DNA of 60,845 bases, counting the filler, from Sphacelaria rigidula (lineage: Eukaryota), in assembly GCA_964200075.2 (NCBI GenBank). It is 10 parts of 10 records of this genome, joined end to end, with 100 filler letters (N's around TTAATTAATTAA, not from the genome) between each part and the next. Parts side by side here need not be neighbours in the genome. Positions count along the whole stretch, not along the records: positions 48,758 to 54,751 come from CAXNAA020022946.1; positions 54,852 to 60,845 come from CAXNAA020022947.1; 8 more parts are not named here. One strand, written 5' to 3'. The notes under the pieces are model-generated. The model was not told the DNA's origin and searched no databases. It worked only from the letters and a program-made list of their open reading frames with translations. The position numbers and the translations under genes were made by a program. Of the stretch, positions 50,075 to 60,845 are shown in pieces; positions within the stretch are counted from its first letter, which is position 1, and every line of letters begins with the position of its first letter.

Positions 50075-50172
50075 CCCTTTGGCCGCGAGATTAGGTCACC
50101 TGCGGAATCGGCATCAATTTTGCTTGAAAAAGTACGCGTGATCCAGACGCTACCCGCATCGCGATCTAAGGG
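50075..50172. mobile_element. piggyBac-like MITE family A
   Basis: TCAA-CCCTTTGGCCGCGAG...TCGCGATCTAAGGG-TTAA. A paralogous empty TTAA site lies at 49428-49431. Confidence 0.88.
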
Positions 50173-53100
50173 TTAACGGCCGATTTGCTCCATCATCATT
50201 CACTTTCGACGAGAGCGAGATTCGATCTTCGGCCCAAGCTGTCAGTTCCTGAGAGTATGCCCGTAATATGCAATGCGCGGAGCCCTTATGGTGGATCTGA
50301 CACTTTCATTCTGAAAAACGGGAAATTTATTATGAAAAACGGAATTTTCAACTTTACATGCGAGCTGTGCTACGGTAGGGGTGCACGTTTTGTCGAAAAT
50401 GTATATCGGGGTGTTGGACGTATCATTTTGAGAATCGGCATCATTTTTACTTGAAAAATAACGAAAATGATGCCAATTCACGAAAAGGTCCCTGCGTACA
50501 TATCCATGTCCGGTCCCCGGATATGTGCGATAGGTGGCCCCGTCCGATCCTTGAATGTTCAACTAAGACTACGTCTGAACGCGTAGTGCATCACGAAGAT
50601 CCGGTGGTGCAGCGTACCATTCGAACGCAACAACACGACTACAACCCACATTTTTCCACGACTCGTTATCGAATGTTAATTCAGAGACACTTCCCTCACT
50701 GCTGCTCCTATCCGCCGTCGCCATCCTTGCGATATTCCCCCGGTACCAAACTGCTCGAGCAACTGCTGTAGCCGTTGACGAGATGCCGAGGGCAGGAGTT
50801 GAATGCGTTGAAGGAGGAAATATCCAACGCTTAGCTAGTGGCCGCACCGTCGACCCAACGAACCCTTGCGAGGGTGTTGACACCCCCATAATCATCAAAC
50901 CTACTACTGGCAGTAGCCTTTTCCCCTCCATAATTTCTCGAGGTCAGCCCCGTACGTATGCACCAGAGATCTAAGCAACACCTGGTCAAAACTTACACAA
51001 AAGAAGTTGACGGAGGCCGAGCCGCGGGGCTGTCCAGTTCATGTTTGATTTTTTGCGTAAAATAGTAGTATGATATAAGGGATGCGGGATTACATTGGAA
51101 AACAACATTCTTCATGCGGCAGCAAGAAGCTCCCGCGGGCGGAAGAGGAGACGTCGCGCTGTGCGGTCGAGCTGTCGCAGCTGATGTGATACATTAGAGC
51201 AGTACAGTTACTGCGAGCGTCACTACATTGGACGCATTTTGATCCAGGGGGTGTGGGAGCGAGAGCTATAGAACTGGACGGCGCATCTGTACTGGATAAG
51301 GTCCAGTGGCTATCCCTCCATTACAGGCATGTTGGGAAGGAGCAAAAGCGCTAAAGACGGGAAGCCCGTACGGCCTGGAGACTGCCTAGTGCATGCCGTG
51401 TTGGTATCGGTCCAGGTGAATCCAAGAAGAAGAAATACGTGTATCTAGCCATTCCATTGCTGCCTTCGTTGCTTTCACGCGGGATATGCAATTCTTTTCA
51501 CCTCTTGATGAGTGGAATTGTGTGACATGCGAAGATAGGGTACAACCGTCCGGTTCCTTATTATAATAGCGTTGTATTATAGTTGTACTAAACTTGGTAC
51601 TAAAAATACTCGATGCCCCGTCAGTTTATTTAGCTGTTTTTTGTTCTGCGTTGTAAAACGGTACAGCACAAACAACAGTAGGGGTGTAGGGCGGCAGTAC
51701 GGTGCGGACGAAGCTGTAGAGGGCCGAGCTACAGTTAGTATCGCGCCAGCGTGTGCGTGAAAAATCAAGTTTGCCCACCATAGCCGCTATAATCTGTTTT
51801 CCCACACTGGAGTGGAGTGCAATATATTCAAAAAGTACACCAGCATTGCACGGAGATGAGTCCTCAATATAACTCTAGGTGGCGAGTAGGGTAGGTCCGC
51901 GCCCATGACACTCCACATATACGACAGAATACCATCACGACGCATGCTGCCAATGGGCACCATAAATGATGCACAAAATACGTGTGTTTGTTGTACAAAA
52001 AAGCTGCCCAACGACAGCATGGTTTAGAAAGGTAGTTCTATATCACTGCAGCACAGATCGGGGATGTGCTGAATGACGTACACCTGTAGACGAAGAAATT
52101 CGGCTCACCTCCAACAGATGAGGGTACTGTAACTCAAAGTGATTTGGAATATTTTCGCACGAAGCGCGATCATGACCGAGCGTTTAAAAATGGGCACTCG
52201 GCAAAAATTGAGGAACAGTCTGAAATAAGAAGAGCTATCACATGGGACATGTGCTGTTTCACCGTGCTGCAGCACAAACATGCTCACGCCCTCTCTCATG
52301 TGCTGTAGCTGTCACTGCGCTGAGATTGCGTCAGTTGCCTTACTGTCACTGCCTTCGTCTTCACAGAAAATGAGGAAAATTATGTTTGTCGGCACGCAGT
52401 GCTGTCTACACACTGTTGTGTGTTGGCTATTTCTTCTTCCGTCAAACGAACAAGGCGCTTCCCGCACCCGTCATTTCTATGCCATAGTAGTTGTCGTTGT
52501 GCTGTTGTGTATTTACACTCTCCACGACGAATATGGTGCATGTGCGCTGAAGAGGTCTTGAACAGTTGTACTGCTGCATGCCGTGTTTCGGTCTGTGCAC
52601 AGAAGTGGGGTGAGATCAAAGTGTTGTACCCAACGGTGAAACAATCACGTGACGACTGTACAGCGGTCTATTGCGTCATCTTACGTACTTCAGTTGTAGT
52701 CGGGTGCTGTGATCAGAGAAGACACGCAAGGCGGACGCGTGCAGATTGGGGCAAACAAACTGAGCCAGCACGGAGCTGCTGTATCCCAAGCGATTGATGA
52801 TGTCACCTGTCTGACTGGCAGCGGCGCAATGTGTGGACCAATCACAGCTACTCGACCACCCAATTTCCACTTGATTCTCTCATCTGGTTGAAGAAAGGTC
52901 GCCGCATTTTGGTATATTGGGAGGCTCTGATAGGTCGGAAAATCGTGCCAGTCAAAATTCTTGCCCTTTATCTGTGGGCCCTGTGCCAGAAATTCAGGAC
53001 AGGGAGTTTTTCAGTTTTCGATCGTCAGAATCACAAACAGTACCCGCGGCCGAAGCTATGCTACTTCTGAGGCACGTTTTGGTTTTTAGTTTTATCCGGC

Positions 53101-53870
53101 GAGGTGTAAGGTCTTCGGGTTCGAAACCTGCACTGGACGAAAGCTCCCGCCGAAGGCTTTCCGACACAACAGATTGTTCGTTTTGTCACGGCAATGCCCA
53201 CGAATGTTGTACCTGTGACTACCTGAGGTACGATGGTCAGGGAGGTGCCCTCAGGGCACGGAAGGAGATGTAGTTTACTGGATACTCGCTGTTTTGCCGA
53301 GAACACGCGGGGTGGCATTATTTTCACACAAAAACCACAAAAAAAACACCGGAAAAAAACACGAATGACAGCGCGTCGCAATGCTTGAAAGCTCCGGGAA
53401 ATCCAGCAGTGCTACCGTGTACGCTTGGTCGTCTCGAAAACACTTTTCTTGGGCATTTAGCTTGCTTTGGCTACTGCTATCCCTTTTTTCATGATCCACT
53501 ACTGTGGGTATGGCTGATCAGTTCATCATGAATAGACGCTAACACGGAAATGGTCGTCTGCCACCTTGAGCACTTTATCGAAACTTTCAATTGACGGCGA
53601 TCTTGAATCTTGTGCTTACACATCAATTGATTATTTCATTTTCCTGGAAAACCATCGTTGAGGCACAATTCCCCTCCCCCCCTGAACCCAACACACCGAA
53701 ATGTAGCTGCCCTGCATCGTGACCCCGTGGCCGAGTAGATACGAGCAGGCGTCAACAGCACCATTGAACGGTACCGGCAAACATGAGGCTGAAGTATAGC
53801 GGAAGGTCATGAGTTTGGGTCCATAACGAACTTGAATACGCTGATGACACTTTTTAAATCACCGTGTCAA

Positions 53871-54462
53871 CCCTGTGGGGGACCCTCCCCTCCCGTCCCC
53901 GGACCGGACGCCTCATTTTTTCAAGCCCTGATGATGAAGAAAATATGGAAACAGAGAAGACCGATGGCAGCAATTTTACGGCGGAAGGTCACAGAAGAAT
54001 CCACCAGCATACGTTGGGCGCGCACCAAAATGTCACCCCGGCACGGTCGGATTAGTTTTGCCCAATGACGGGACGCAAAGGATGAAGCGTGTTCAACTTC
54101 GAGCACACCGCCAAAATTAGCACTTGCGTGCCTGAGCTAAGAACAAGACAAAATTCGGCACCACCTGTTGAAATTATTTATGCTGAGTCCCGTGCTCCCT
54201 TGACCCTTTTGGAACCTATTGACGATTTTTGTTTGTGTGAATCGACACCATTTTCAGTCATTTTCAAGTCAAAATGATGCCCATTCATGAAAACAAAAAT
54301 CGTCAATAAGTTCCGAAAGAGTTGAGGCACATTTTTATACGGGTCTGAGGAACACGCCTCGGGCTATTAGTTTTGCGTGAAAGCTGTAAAACCCCATCCG
54401 TGTGCTGTTAGAAAAAACACTCCCTCGAACTCCACACTATTCCATCGGCAGTACCCAAAGGG
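53871..54462. mobile_element. piggyBac-like non-autonomous element family C with nested family B MITE (54204-54321)
   Basis: TCAA-CCCTGTGGG...CCCAAAGGG-TTAA. The nested MITE has TTGA on both sides. Uninterrupted sister copy at 55348-55826. Confidence 0.82.
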
Positions 54463-54928
54463 TTAAACCTTTGACAGCGAGCGTCACCTCGTAGCAGTTC
54501 CCCAGGTTGACGTTCTGGAGACATTCGGGAGTGTCCAGTTGCCAGGCGGAGGTAGTTTTGCGGGAGGGAGGCGAGGGGGGTAGAGGTGGGGGGGGGGGGG
54601 CGTCTGTTCTCAGAGTAGCCGAAAAGTTTCCCGCGGGAGATTGTAAGCCAGGAACGAGGCCGGAGAGGCGCGGAATGACCATTCCACGGTTAGGACAAGT
54701 CATCACGACTCAAAATCACCAAATTCACGATTTTTCCGGCCTGATTGCCCGNNNNNNNNNNNNNNNNNNNNNNNNNNNNNNNNNNNNNNNNNNNNTTAAT
54801 TAATTAANNNNNNNNNNNNNNNNNNNNNNNNNNNNNNNNNNNNNNNNNNNNTGGGTGTTTTCTGTGCTGAAAAGAAGGAGACGAAAGAAAAAAAAAAAAG
54901 ATATTCGATCAGGGGGGGGCCGGCGGGT

Positions 54929-54981
<53 letters not shown>

Positions 54982-55170
54982 CGTGGTCATTTGTCGCTTG
55001 CTTCCGGAGCATTGAACATGCGTCCCTTCCGAGACGGAGAACCGTTCCTACTCCTGAAGGAGACGCCCCCAACATTTCGGTGCTCCGATGGAGGGGGGGG
55101 GGGGGGGTGCTCATTTGTTGCTTGCCTTAGTCATTTGACTATTGACCACGCATCCCTTTCGAGACGGAGC
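54982..55170 (-). mobile_element. Two short 3' ends of the LINE seen at 3449-4780, each ending at a poly-G/C run
   Basis: Reverse complements match 4670-4776 (TCCGTCTCG(A/G)AAGGGA(T/C)GC...CAAGC(A/G)ACAAATGA). G-runs at ~54929-54981 and 55093-55107. Confidence 0.8.
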
Positions 55171-55185
55171 AGGGAGGAGGGGGTG

Positions 55186-55218
55186 TACTCATGACCATGC
55201 ATGCCATAGTCATAAGAC
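55186..55218 (-). mobile_element. 33-bp SINE-tail insertion with 14-16-bp TSD
   Basis: CAGGGAGGAGGGGGTG at 55170-55185 and 55219-55234. Confidence 0.8.
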
Positions 55219-55347
55219 CAGGGAGGAGGGGGTGGGGGGGTTGGACCGTTTCGTCGGCGATATTCCACTTCAAATAGTCGTTGAAAGCAGCAACGGTTGT
55301 TCGAAGACGCTTGTACCCGATGAATAGCGCTCACTCATACCGCTTAA

Positions 55348-55826
55348 CCCTTTGGGAACCCTCCCCTCCCGTCCCCGGGCCAGACGCCTCATTATTTCAA
55401 GTCCTGAAAAAAGAAGTAAAAATGGGAACAGAAACGAACGACGGCAACCATTTCCACGGCGGAACGCCACAGAAGAATACACCAGCATACGTTGTGCGCG
55501 CACCAAAAATGTCACGCCGATGCAGTCAGATAAACTTCGTCCAGTGAGGGACGCTACGGGTCAAGATTGTTCTAGTTTGTGTTCACAGCCAAAATCAGCA
55601 CTTACTTGCGTACCTGCCAAGTCTATACAAACAAAAATCGGCACCATCTATCTATTTCTATATACCGAGTCTCGTGCGGCACTAGGGCATATTTTTATAC
55701 GGGTCTGAAAAACACGGCTCGGGCTAATAAAGTCGCGTGAAACCTGTACAGTAAATACTCAACCATATGCCCTTGAAAAAACGGCACCTCGTAATCCACA
55801 CATTTCCATTGCCAGCAACAAAGGGA
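55348..55826. mobile_element. piggyBac-like non-autonomous element family C
   Basis: TTAA-CCCTTTGGG...CAAAGGGA-TTAA, colinear with 53871-54462. Confidence 0.82.
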
Positions 55827-56023
55827 TTAACACCGTTTTTACCCAATTCCGGGCGTGCTCTAAGTGTCTTAGGTCGTCTGACACACATTGGAGCCCCTTT
55901 TTCTTGGAATCAAACATCCACCTCGATCGTGGCGAAGTAGGTTGGTCTGGCGAAAACCCGGCGTGCTCCGTTCCGACTTCGTAGGGGTGGACCCCTTGTG
56001 GGGTTGGGGTCGGTCGAGGACGA

Positions 56024-56503
56024 CGCTGTAGTACACGCCACTCACTGCGTAAGCTAGGCAACCACGTTACCGATTTGTTTTGTGTGCTTTCGTTTTTTTG
56101 CGGTAACAAAGATGGTTGTCAAGCCAGATAGATCATGTTGTGCGGAGTGGGACATTCTCAACTCCTTGCAAAGGGGATGGCCATGCTATGTAGTGTGTGA
56201 ATGGTGAGACACCCATGAGGTAGTGTATAAGCTGTGACTATTTCTGGAAGCGGCGAAACCAGAAAATGGAGCGCATCGTAGGCTATCATCCAAATGTAAG
56301 ACCATGAGTAGGCCTCGGGCTGAACGATCTGAGCAGGATGCAGCTCACCCTTCATGCGACTCGCCGAGCACACCACGTCGCTCTGTGCTTGGTGATTGAT
56401 TGCGAGCCTGGTCCAGCAAAAACCCGGCGTGCTGCGTTCCGGCTTCGTAGGGATGCGAGGTCATGGTCTTATGACTATGGTATGCAACATCATGAGTACA
56501 CCC
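56024..56503 (+). mobile_element. Apparently full-length (~480 bp) SINE-like element
   Basis: Contains both conserved ends, CGCTGTA..ACACGCCACTCACTGCGTAAGCTAGGCAACC and CATGAGTACACCC. No TIRs and no ORF. Confidence 0.8.
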
Positions 56504-59471
56504 CTCCCTATGGTAGCATGACCCACGCTGATGAAGAAACGAGCCAAATAAAAGTTCAGTCAAGCTCGCACCATGCCATGAGCGCACCGGCAAGATATGG
56601 AAATACCACGATGAACAGTAGCGGGTCAAAAACGTTCATCACAGGATACGCCACGCGCGCTGGATTAGAAGGTAAAAGCGGTTCCCACACAGAAACGAGC
56701 CGGAGGACAACGAGAGATTTCGCCCGGGCATCAAGCGCCATGAAATCTACAGACGAACTGGGGCCTGGGAAGCAGTCACGCGGTTCTGTTCGAGCATTGA
56801 CCACGCCTCCTTTGATATAACTTGTCGCTAACAGTACAGAGACCATCCATGGGAAAAGTGCTTTTTCCTTCGTCACTGAAAAGGTTTCGGGAAAAAAAGC
56901 ATTCTTCTATCGTTTTTGCACCCCCCTCACCCTCAGTCCGTTTCCAACATATACCTAGTAGTACACCACTACAACGTGTGGACCCCTGGAGGATAGCTCT
57001 CAATCCATGAGAACCCAGGCTATCACGCTTAACAACTCGTGACAAGCGCCGAATATACAACCGACCGGGAATACAACAGTTAGTTTCAAGGCCAGCGAGT
57101 AACGGCGAGCACTCAACAGCGAGGGTACGACTATTTCATCTCCCGTGTGTGGGTAATTCGCCACGGCCCACCAAGTCTTACCCTACTGCACCCACTACAC
57201 ACGCGTGCGAGCGGGATTTCCCAGTACAAATATATTCTGCTATTTACTTGAAACTAATGACAACAAGCTTCCTGTATTTAATGTCACATTATATCCACAG
57301 TGTGGTTCCCTCGCACGATATTATTCCGAGTGCTCTACTGCAGTAGCACCTGCAGCTCTTTTCCTCCCAGCACTTGATATACCACATAACCAGCCATCGA
57401 TATACGAAGCTCGCCGGAACCGGACATGAGCGCCTATTGAACCGATGAGATCAGGGTTACTGGATGGGGCAGGGACTATCGTTCAAGACCGAACACGCCT
57501 CGTATTGTGGAACGTCTCGAGCGCAATTACTGCACGACTCGGCTCAACCAACCGCGGAAACGCTATCCGTCCGATTTCCGAAACAAGAGTAGCACCAGAG
57601 CCCAGAGCCTACACACCCAACAGTCTCATGTTCGAAGACATGGGGATCTCATGCATCAGCAGCAGCAGCAGGTGCCACGGCGAAACCGCTAAACAGGCAA
57701 CACAAATATCGAAGCTTTCATCCCGTACGCAAGTACATCGACACCAGAACGAACCAGCTCCAATCGGAGCCGTTATCGCTCGGGCAAACAAGATTGGAGA
57801 GCGCAAATCAGACTTCGAGTACCAACCACGGGCACCAACAGCCTACGTAAGCCCCAACAGAGGCACGCCCAGCACGGCGTTATTGATTGATGTCATTTGA
57901 TGACTGCCCTGCAGAAACCGAAACGTGGTCAACAGCCGGAAACATAGTCCCCGATCCCATTGCCTTCACTAGAGAAAGACAGTCGCGCCACCGTGCCTTG
58001 GGCAAGAAACAACCAAAAACGCGCACGGGGATAGCCCCGGTACGAGTAAGAGAACGGATGCCTGAAGCGCAACGTACATGATCATCACAAAGCCGGTCCC
58101 CCTTTCTAGATATATTCGAAGCGCGGACACGGACCGGCCTGAAGTTATTATCGACAAGCGTCGTGTGTGTACCTGTGTGAAGGAGCAGGGTCACTTCAAA
58201 CATGTATCATCTATGTTTACGAACTGCACGACATGCACTACAAGCCAAACGCTGTTACTCGCGACTCCCAGAATCAACATACGACAATAATTAAGTGCGC
58301 AGTATTTCAGATCCAGTGCACGCGAATACAACCAGGGTATGATGTGTTGGGCTTCTTGTGGGCGCTCATCAGCTAACGACAGTCGCACCGCTCAGGTCCC
58401 CCAAACAGCATGCCTAGCAAAACCACCCCACTTACCATTATACTCAGTACAGACATACCGACGAAGCGTTCGGCAGCCACAGAACAGAATGAACACGTCC
58501 AACAAGTGCTAGTACTTGCAGGCTAACAGCACGACGACCATACCCCCCAGTCAGCGACAGCCAGTCCTGATGCGTCGGCTGCCCGATCATCGATGCACGA
58601 AGCCTCGCGACGAATTGAACAGTATCTGAACAAAAGTACACCCGCAAATCAACACCACCCGCTAGAGTTGCAAGTGCTGTACTTGGAAAAATACATGTCG
58701 GGAGGGGAAAGACAGGTCGACGGCAAACCCGAATCCAGCCAATTAACCACCATGAAATACCCCAGTCAACTCACCCGCAAATTCCATGATGAACATACAT
58801 GCACAATACACAAAAATAACAGTTGTGGGCACCAACAGCGGAGGGCGGGTAGGAGAGGGGAGGGGGGGAATAAAGACCCGACACCTACCGGTTAAACGAA
58901 AAGGGGAACCAAAATCCACTGCGCAGCAGCCTTGCGCAGAGTACATACGACCAGCAGCAGAGAGGACACACAAGAAGACGAGGGAGGACGGACGCTGAGC
59001 CCACCCTGTACGTAAAGATGAAACTTACATTGCCACGCCATCACTTGCCAATTTCCAAACCTACGCTGCCGAATGATCAGGCTGCCAGCAGAACGGCAAT
59101 GCCCATCGCTCATCAACCCAAGTGCGGGAATGAAAGTGTTGTCGGATACATCGGTGGGCGACCCCCCTCGCGAGGTCGAACATTCGCGTCGTGAATTACC
59201 GTGCGTTCTCGAGCTGAGCAGCGGCAAAGAGAGTGACGTAGCGAGGGAAGTGCGCACGAAATCCACCAGCTTCGAAACTAGACGTGGCTTGAGCAGTGAC
59301 ACTGCGAACAGTGGAGTACTGCAGAGTGCGCACGGCCAGTGATGAGAAAGAAGGCTGCATCAACACGCCATCGGCTGGTGATGGCAGGCGTGTCAAGACT
59401 ATACTGGCTGTCCCCCGTCTTCATCATCGTCACGGGGCGAGCGCCAACTGCAACGTACGAGGCGAGCAAAT

Positions 59472-60415
59472 TTACTTCTTCCTCTTCTTCCTCTTCTTCG
59501 TCTTCTTAGACTTTCCCCCCGGGTCCTCGCCACTCTTCTGCTTTGATGGTCCTCGTCGTGGTTTTGACGGGTGCGTGTGTGAAAAAGTGGAGGAAGCCTC
59601 GCTGTTGCTGTTTTTCTTGTTGCTGCTGTTGTTGCTGCTTCTCTTGTTTTTGTTACCGATAGAGGCGGCGTCGGGGTGTGTGGAGGTGGCAATAGTAGGT
59701 GGCTGGGCGCCATCGGCACGAGCGGTACGTGGTGCGGAGAAGCTGATGCCCCTGGTGGTCGTCGAAGATAGCACAGCCCCCCTTCCGTGGCCACACCGGA
59801 GGAAGTCGCCGACCCGGCGGTACCACAGAACGTAGGCGTGTTTTCGCACTTGTTTCGACAACATCGTCGCGTAGGTGACTCGAGTGACTTTTTCGTCATC
59901 GAAGCAATACCAGTCCGAGTACTTACCCGCACTCACCCGTGAGTACGTCACATAATGACCCCTCACGGGGCTGTCGCCCAGGTGGCAGGTGACGGCCACG
60001 AGGTCGAATAGGCCTGGTAATGTAACAACACCGACAGCAGGGAAGGGAAAATACGATACTCATTAATGTTTCTGCCAGTCCTTCGGAAATTGGCGAAATA
60101 TCACCTGGTTTCATTCTGACAAGCTTCTCAAAAGTGCTTGTTGACCTGCAAGTAACGCCTATTCATTCGGACGTACGGCACCAAGGGTCCAGCGGGTAGT
60201 GCCCATGACCTGCATCCGAGTTTTCGCCTTGTATTGTAAACGCGGGCACGAAATGTAACATCATGCCCACGACGACATCTTTCCGAACCATGAGCCATCG
60301 AATACGTATCCACACGCTTACACAGCATGGTCATGAGGCCGTGGTTTCGGGTGCAATTTTGTAGCACGCCACTTCGGCCGCTACGAGTCAACCCATGCCC
60401 TTTGAGCATACCTGT
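59472..60415 (-). pseudogene. Ubiquitin-specific protease (peptidase C19) C-terminal part, spliced and apparently damaged
   Basis: Exon from 60013 (TTACCAG|GC) encodes LFDLVAVTCHLGDSPVRGHYVTYSR...WYCFDDEKV...AYVLWYRR, the USP His box. Candidate ~90-nt GT..AG intron ~60014-60104. The upstream exon has a stop or frameshift. Lys-rich tail. Confidence 0.8.
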
Positions 60416-60845
60416 TGCGCCAAGACCGTCACGTGGTGTGGGATTATGCTACAACAACCATGACACAGTCCACACCGAATCACTGAAGTGCGGCCTGTTC
60501 TGCGTTGCAGGCTAGATGTGTGTTGCGTTCAACCTTTGCGTGCGAGCATGGTCCACGACGCACGGCCGGTGCTTGCTGTGGTACCCACGATTATGCGCAC
60601 GGTCAACGCCTAGCTCGCAAGCTAATATGAGAAGTCGACCTTAGGAGAAGAGCTGGAGATATCCGTTTGCTTGCTACGAATATTATGGACCACTCCCTCA
60701 AGTCGAACCCAAACTCCAATATGACCACGAGCAAGAGGAGCTGAGCGTGTACGGGTGCCAATACGATGGCATCGAAGCAAGCACAAACAGTAATTACTGT
60801 CTCGGTATGAGCTTTGCCCCAGGTACTACTTATGGGTTTCGGGAT

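Noticed and set aside
5996..54851. Regularly spaced TTAATTAATTAA palindromes
   Set aside because: These are assembly concatenation linkers inside N-runs. They are not biological, and features on different contigs are not physically linked.
54796..55130. Poly-Pro and poly-Gly ORFs (also 7896-8421 upstream of the exon)
   Set aside because: They arise from G/C homopolymers at contig or gap edges, probably with sequencing error.
56027..56500. Reading the ~480-bp repeat as a solo LTR (TGTA...TACA)
   Set aside because: There is no 4-6-bp TSD, conservation extends beyond TG/CA, copies are 5'-truncated with 13-16-bp TSDs, and the tail is shared with a LINE.

Overview
This is not one locus. It is ten unrelated short eukaryotic contigs of 5995 or 5994 bp (1-5995, 6096-12090, 12191-18185, 18286-24280, 24381-30375, 30476-36469, 36570-42563, 42664-48657, 48758-54751, 54852-60845). 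They are joined by artificial 100-nt spacers (44 N + TTAATTAATTAA + 44 N). The DNA is gene-poor and saturated with transposons. From my recollection of the repeat families, and from the fungal/stramenopile-type HIS4 exon, the source is probably a brown alga (inference). Host-gene content is one clear exon of a HIS4-type histidine-biosynthesis protein (7947-8080, minus strand) and a spliced, damaged ubiquitin-specific protease (about 59472-60415, minus strand). Retroelements include a decayed Ty1/copia gag-protease-integrase, two copia RT/RNase H remnants, a DIRS/Ngaro tyrosine-recombinase element and two LINEs. Many non-autonomous DNA transposons have readable TIRs and TSDs: CMC/CACTA-like (2-bp TSD), Sola-like (GAG..CTC, 4-bp TSD), piggyBac-like (TTAA), hAT-like (8-bp TSD) and Ginger-like (TGT..ACA, 5-bp TSD). 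The most interesting signals are (i) an abundant ~480-bp SINE-like element that shares its 3' end with a LINE and inserts into C-rich tracts with 13-16-bp TSDs, (ii) a GAATCGGCATCA motif shared by unrelated transposon superfamilies, and (iii) a Ginger-like MITE carrying TTAGGG repeats. I found no intact novel protein system, CRISPR array or RNA gene. All assignments come from reading the sequence by eye; no searches were run.
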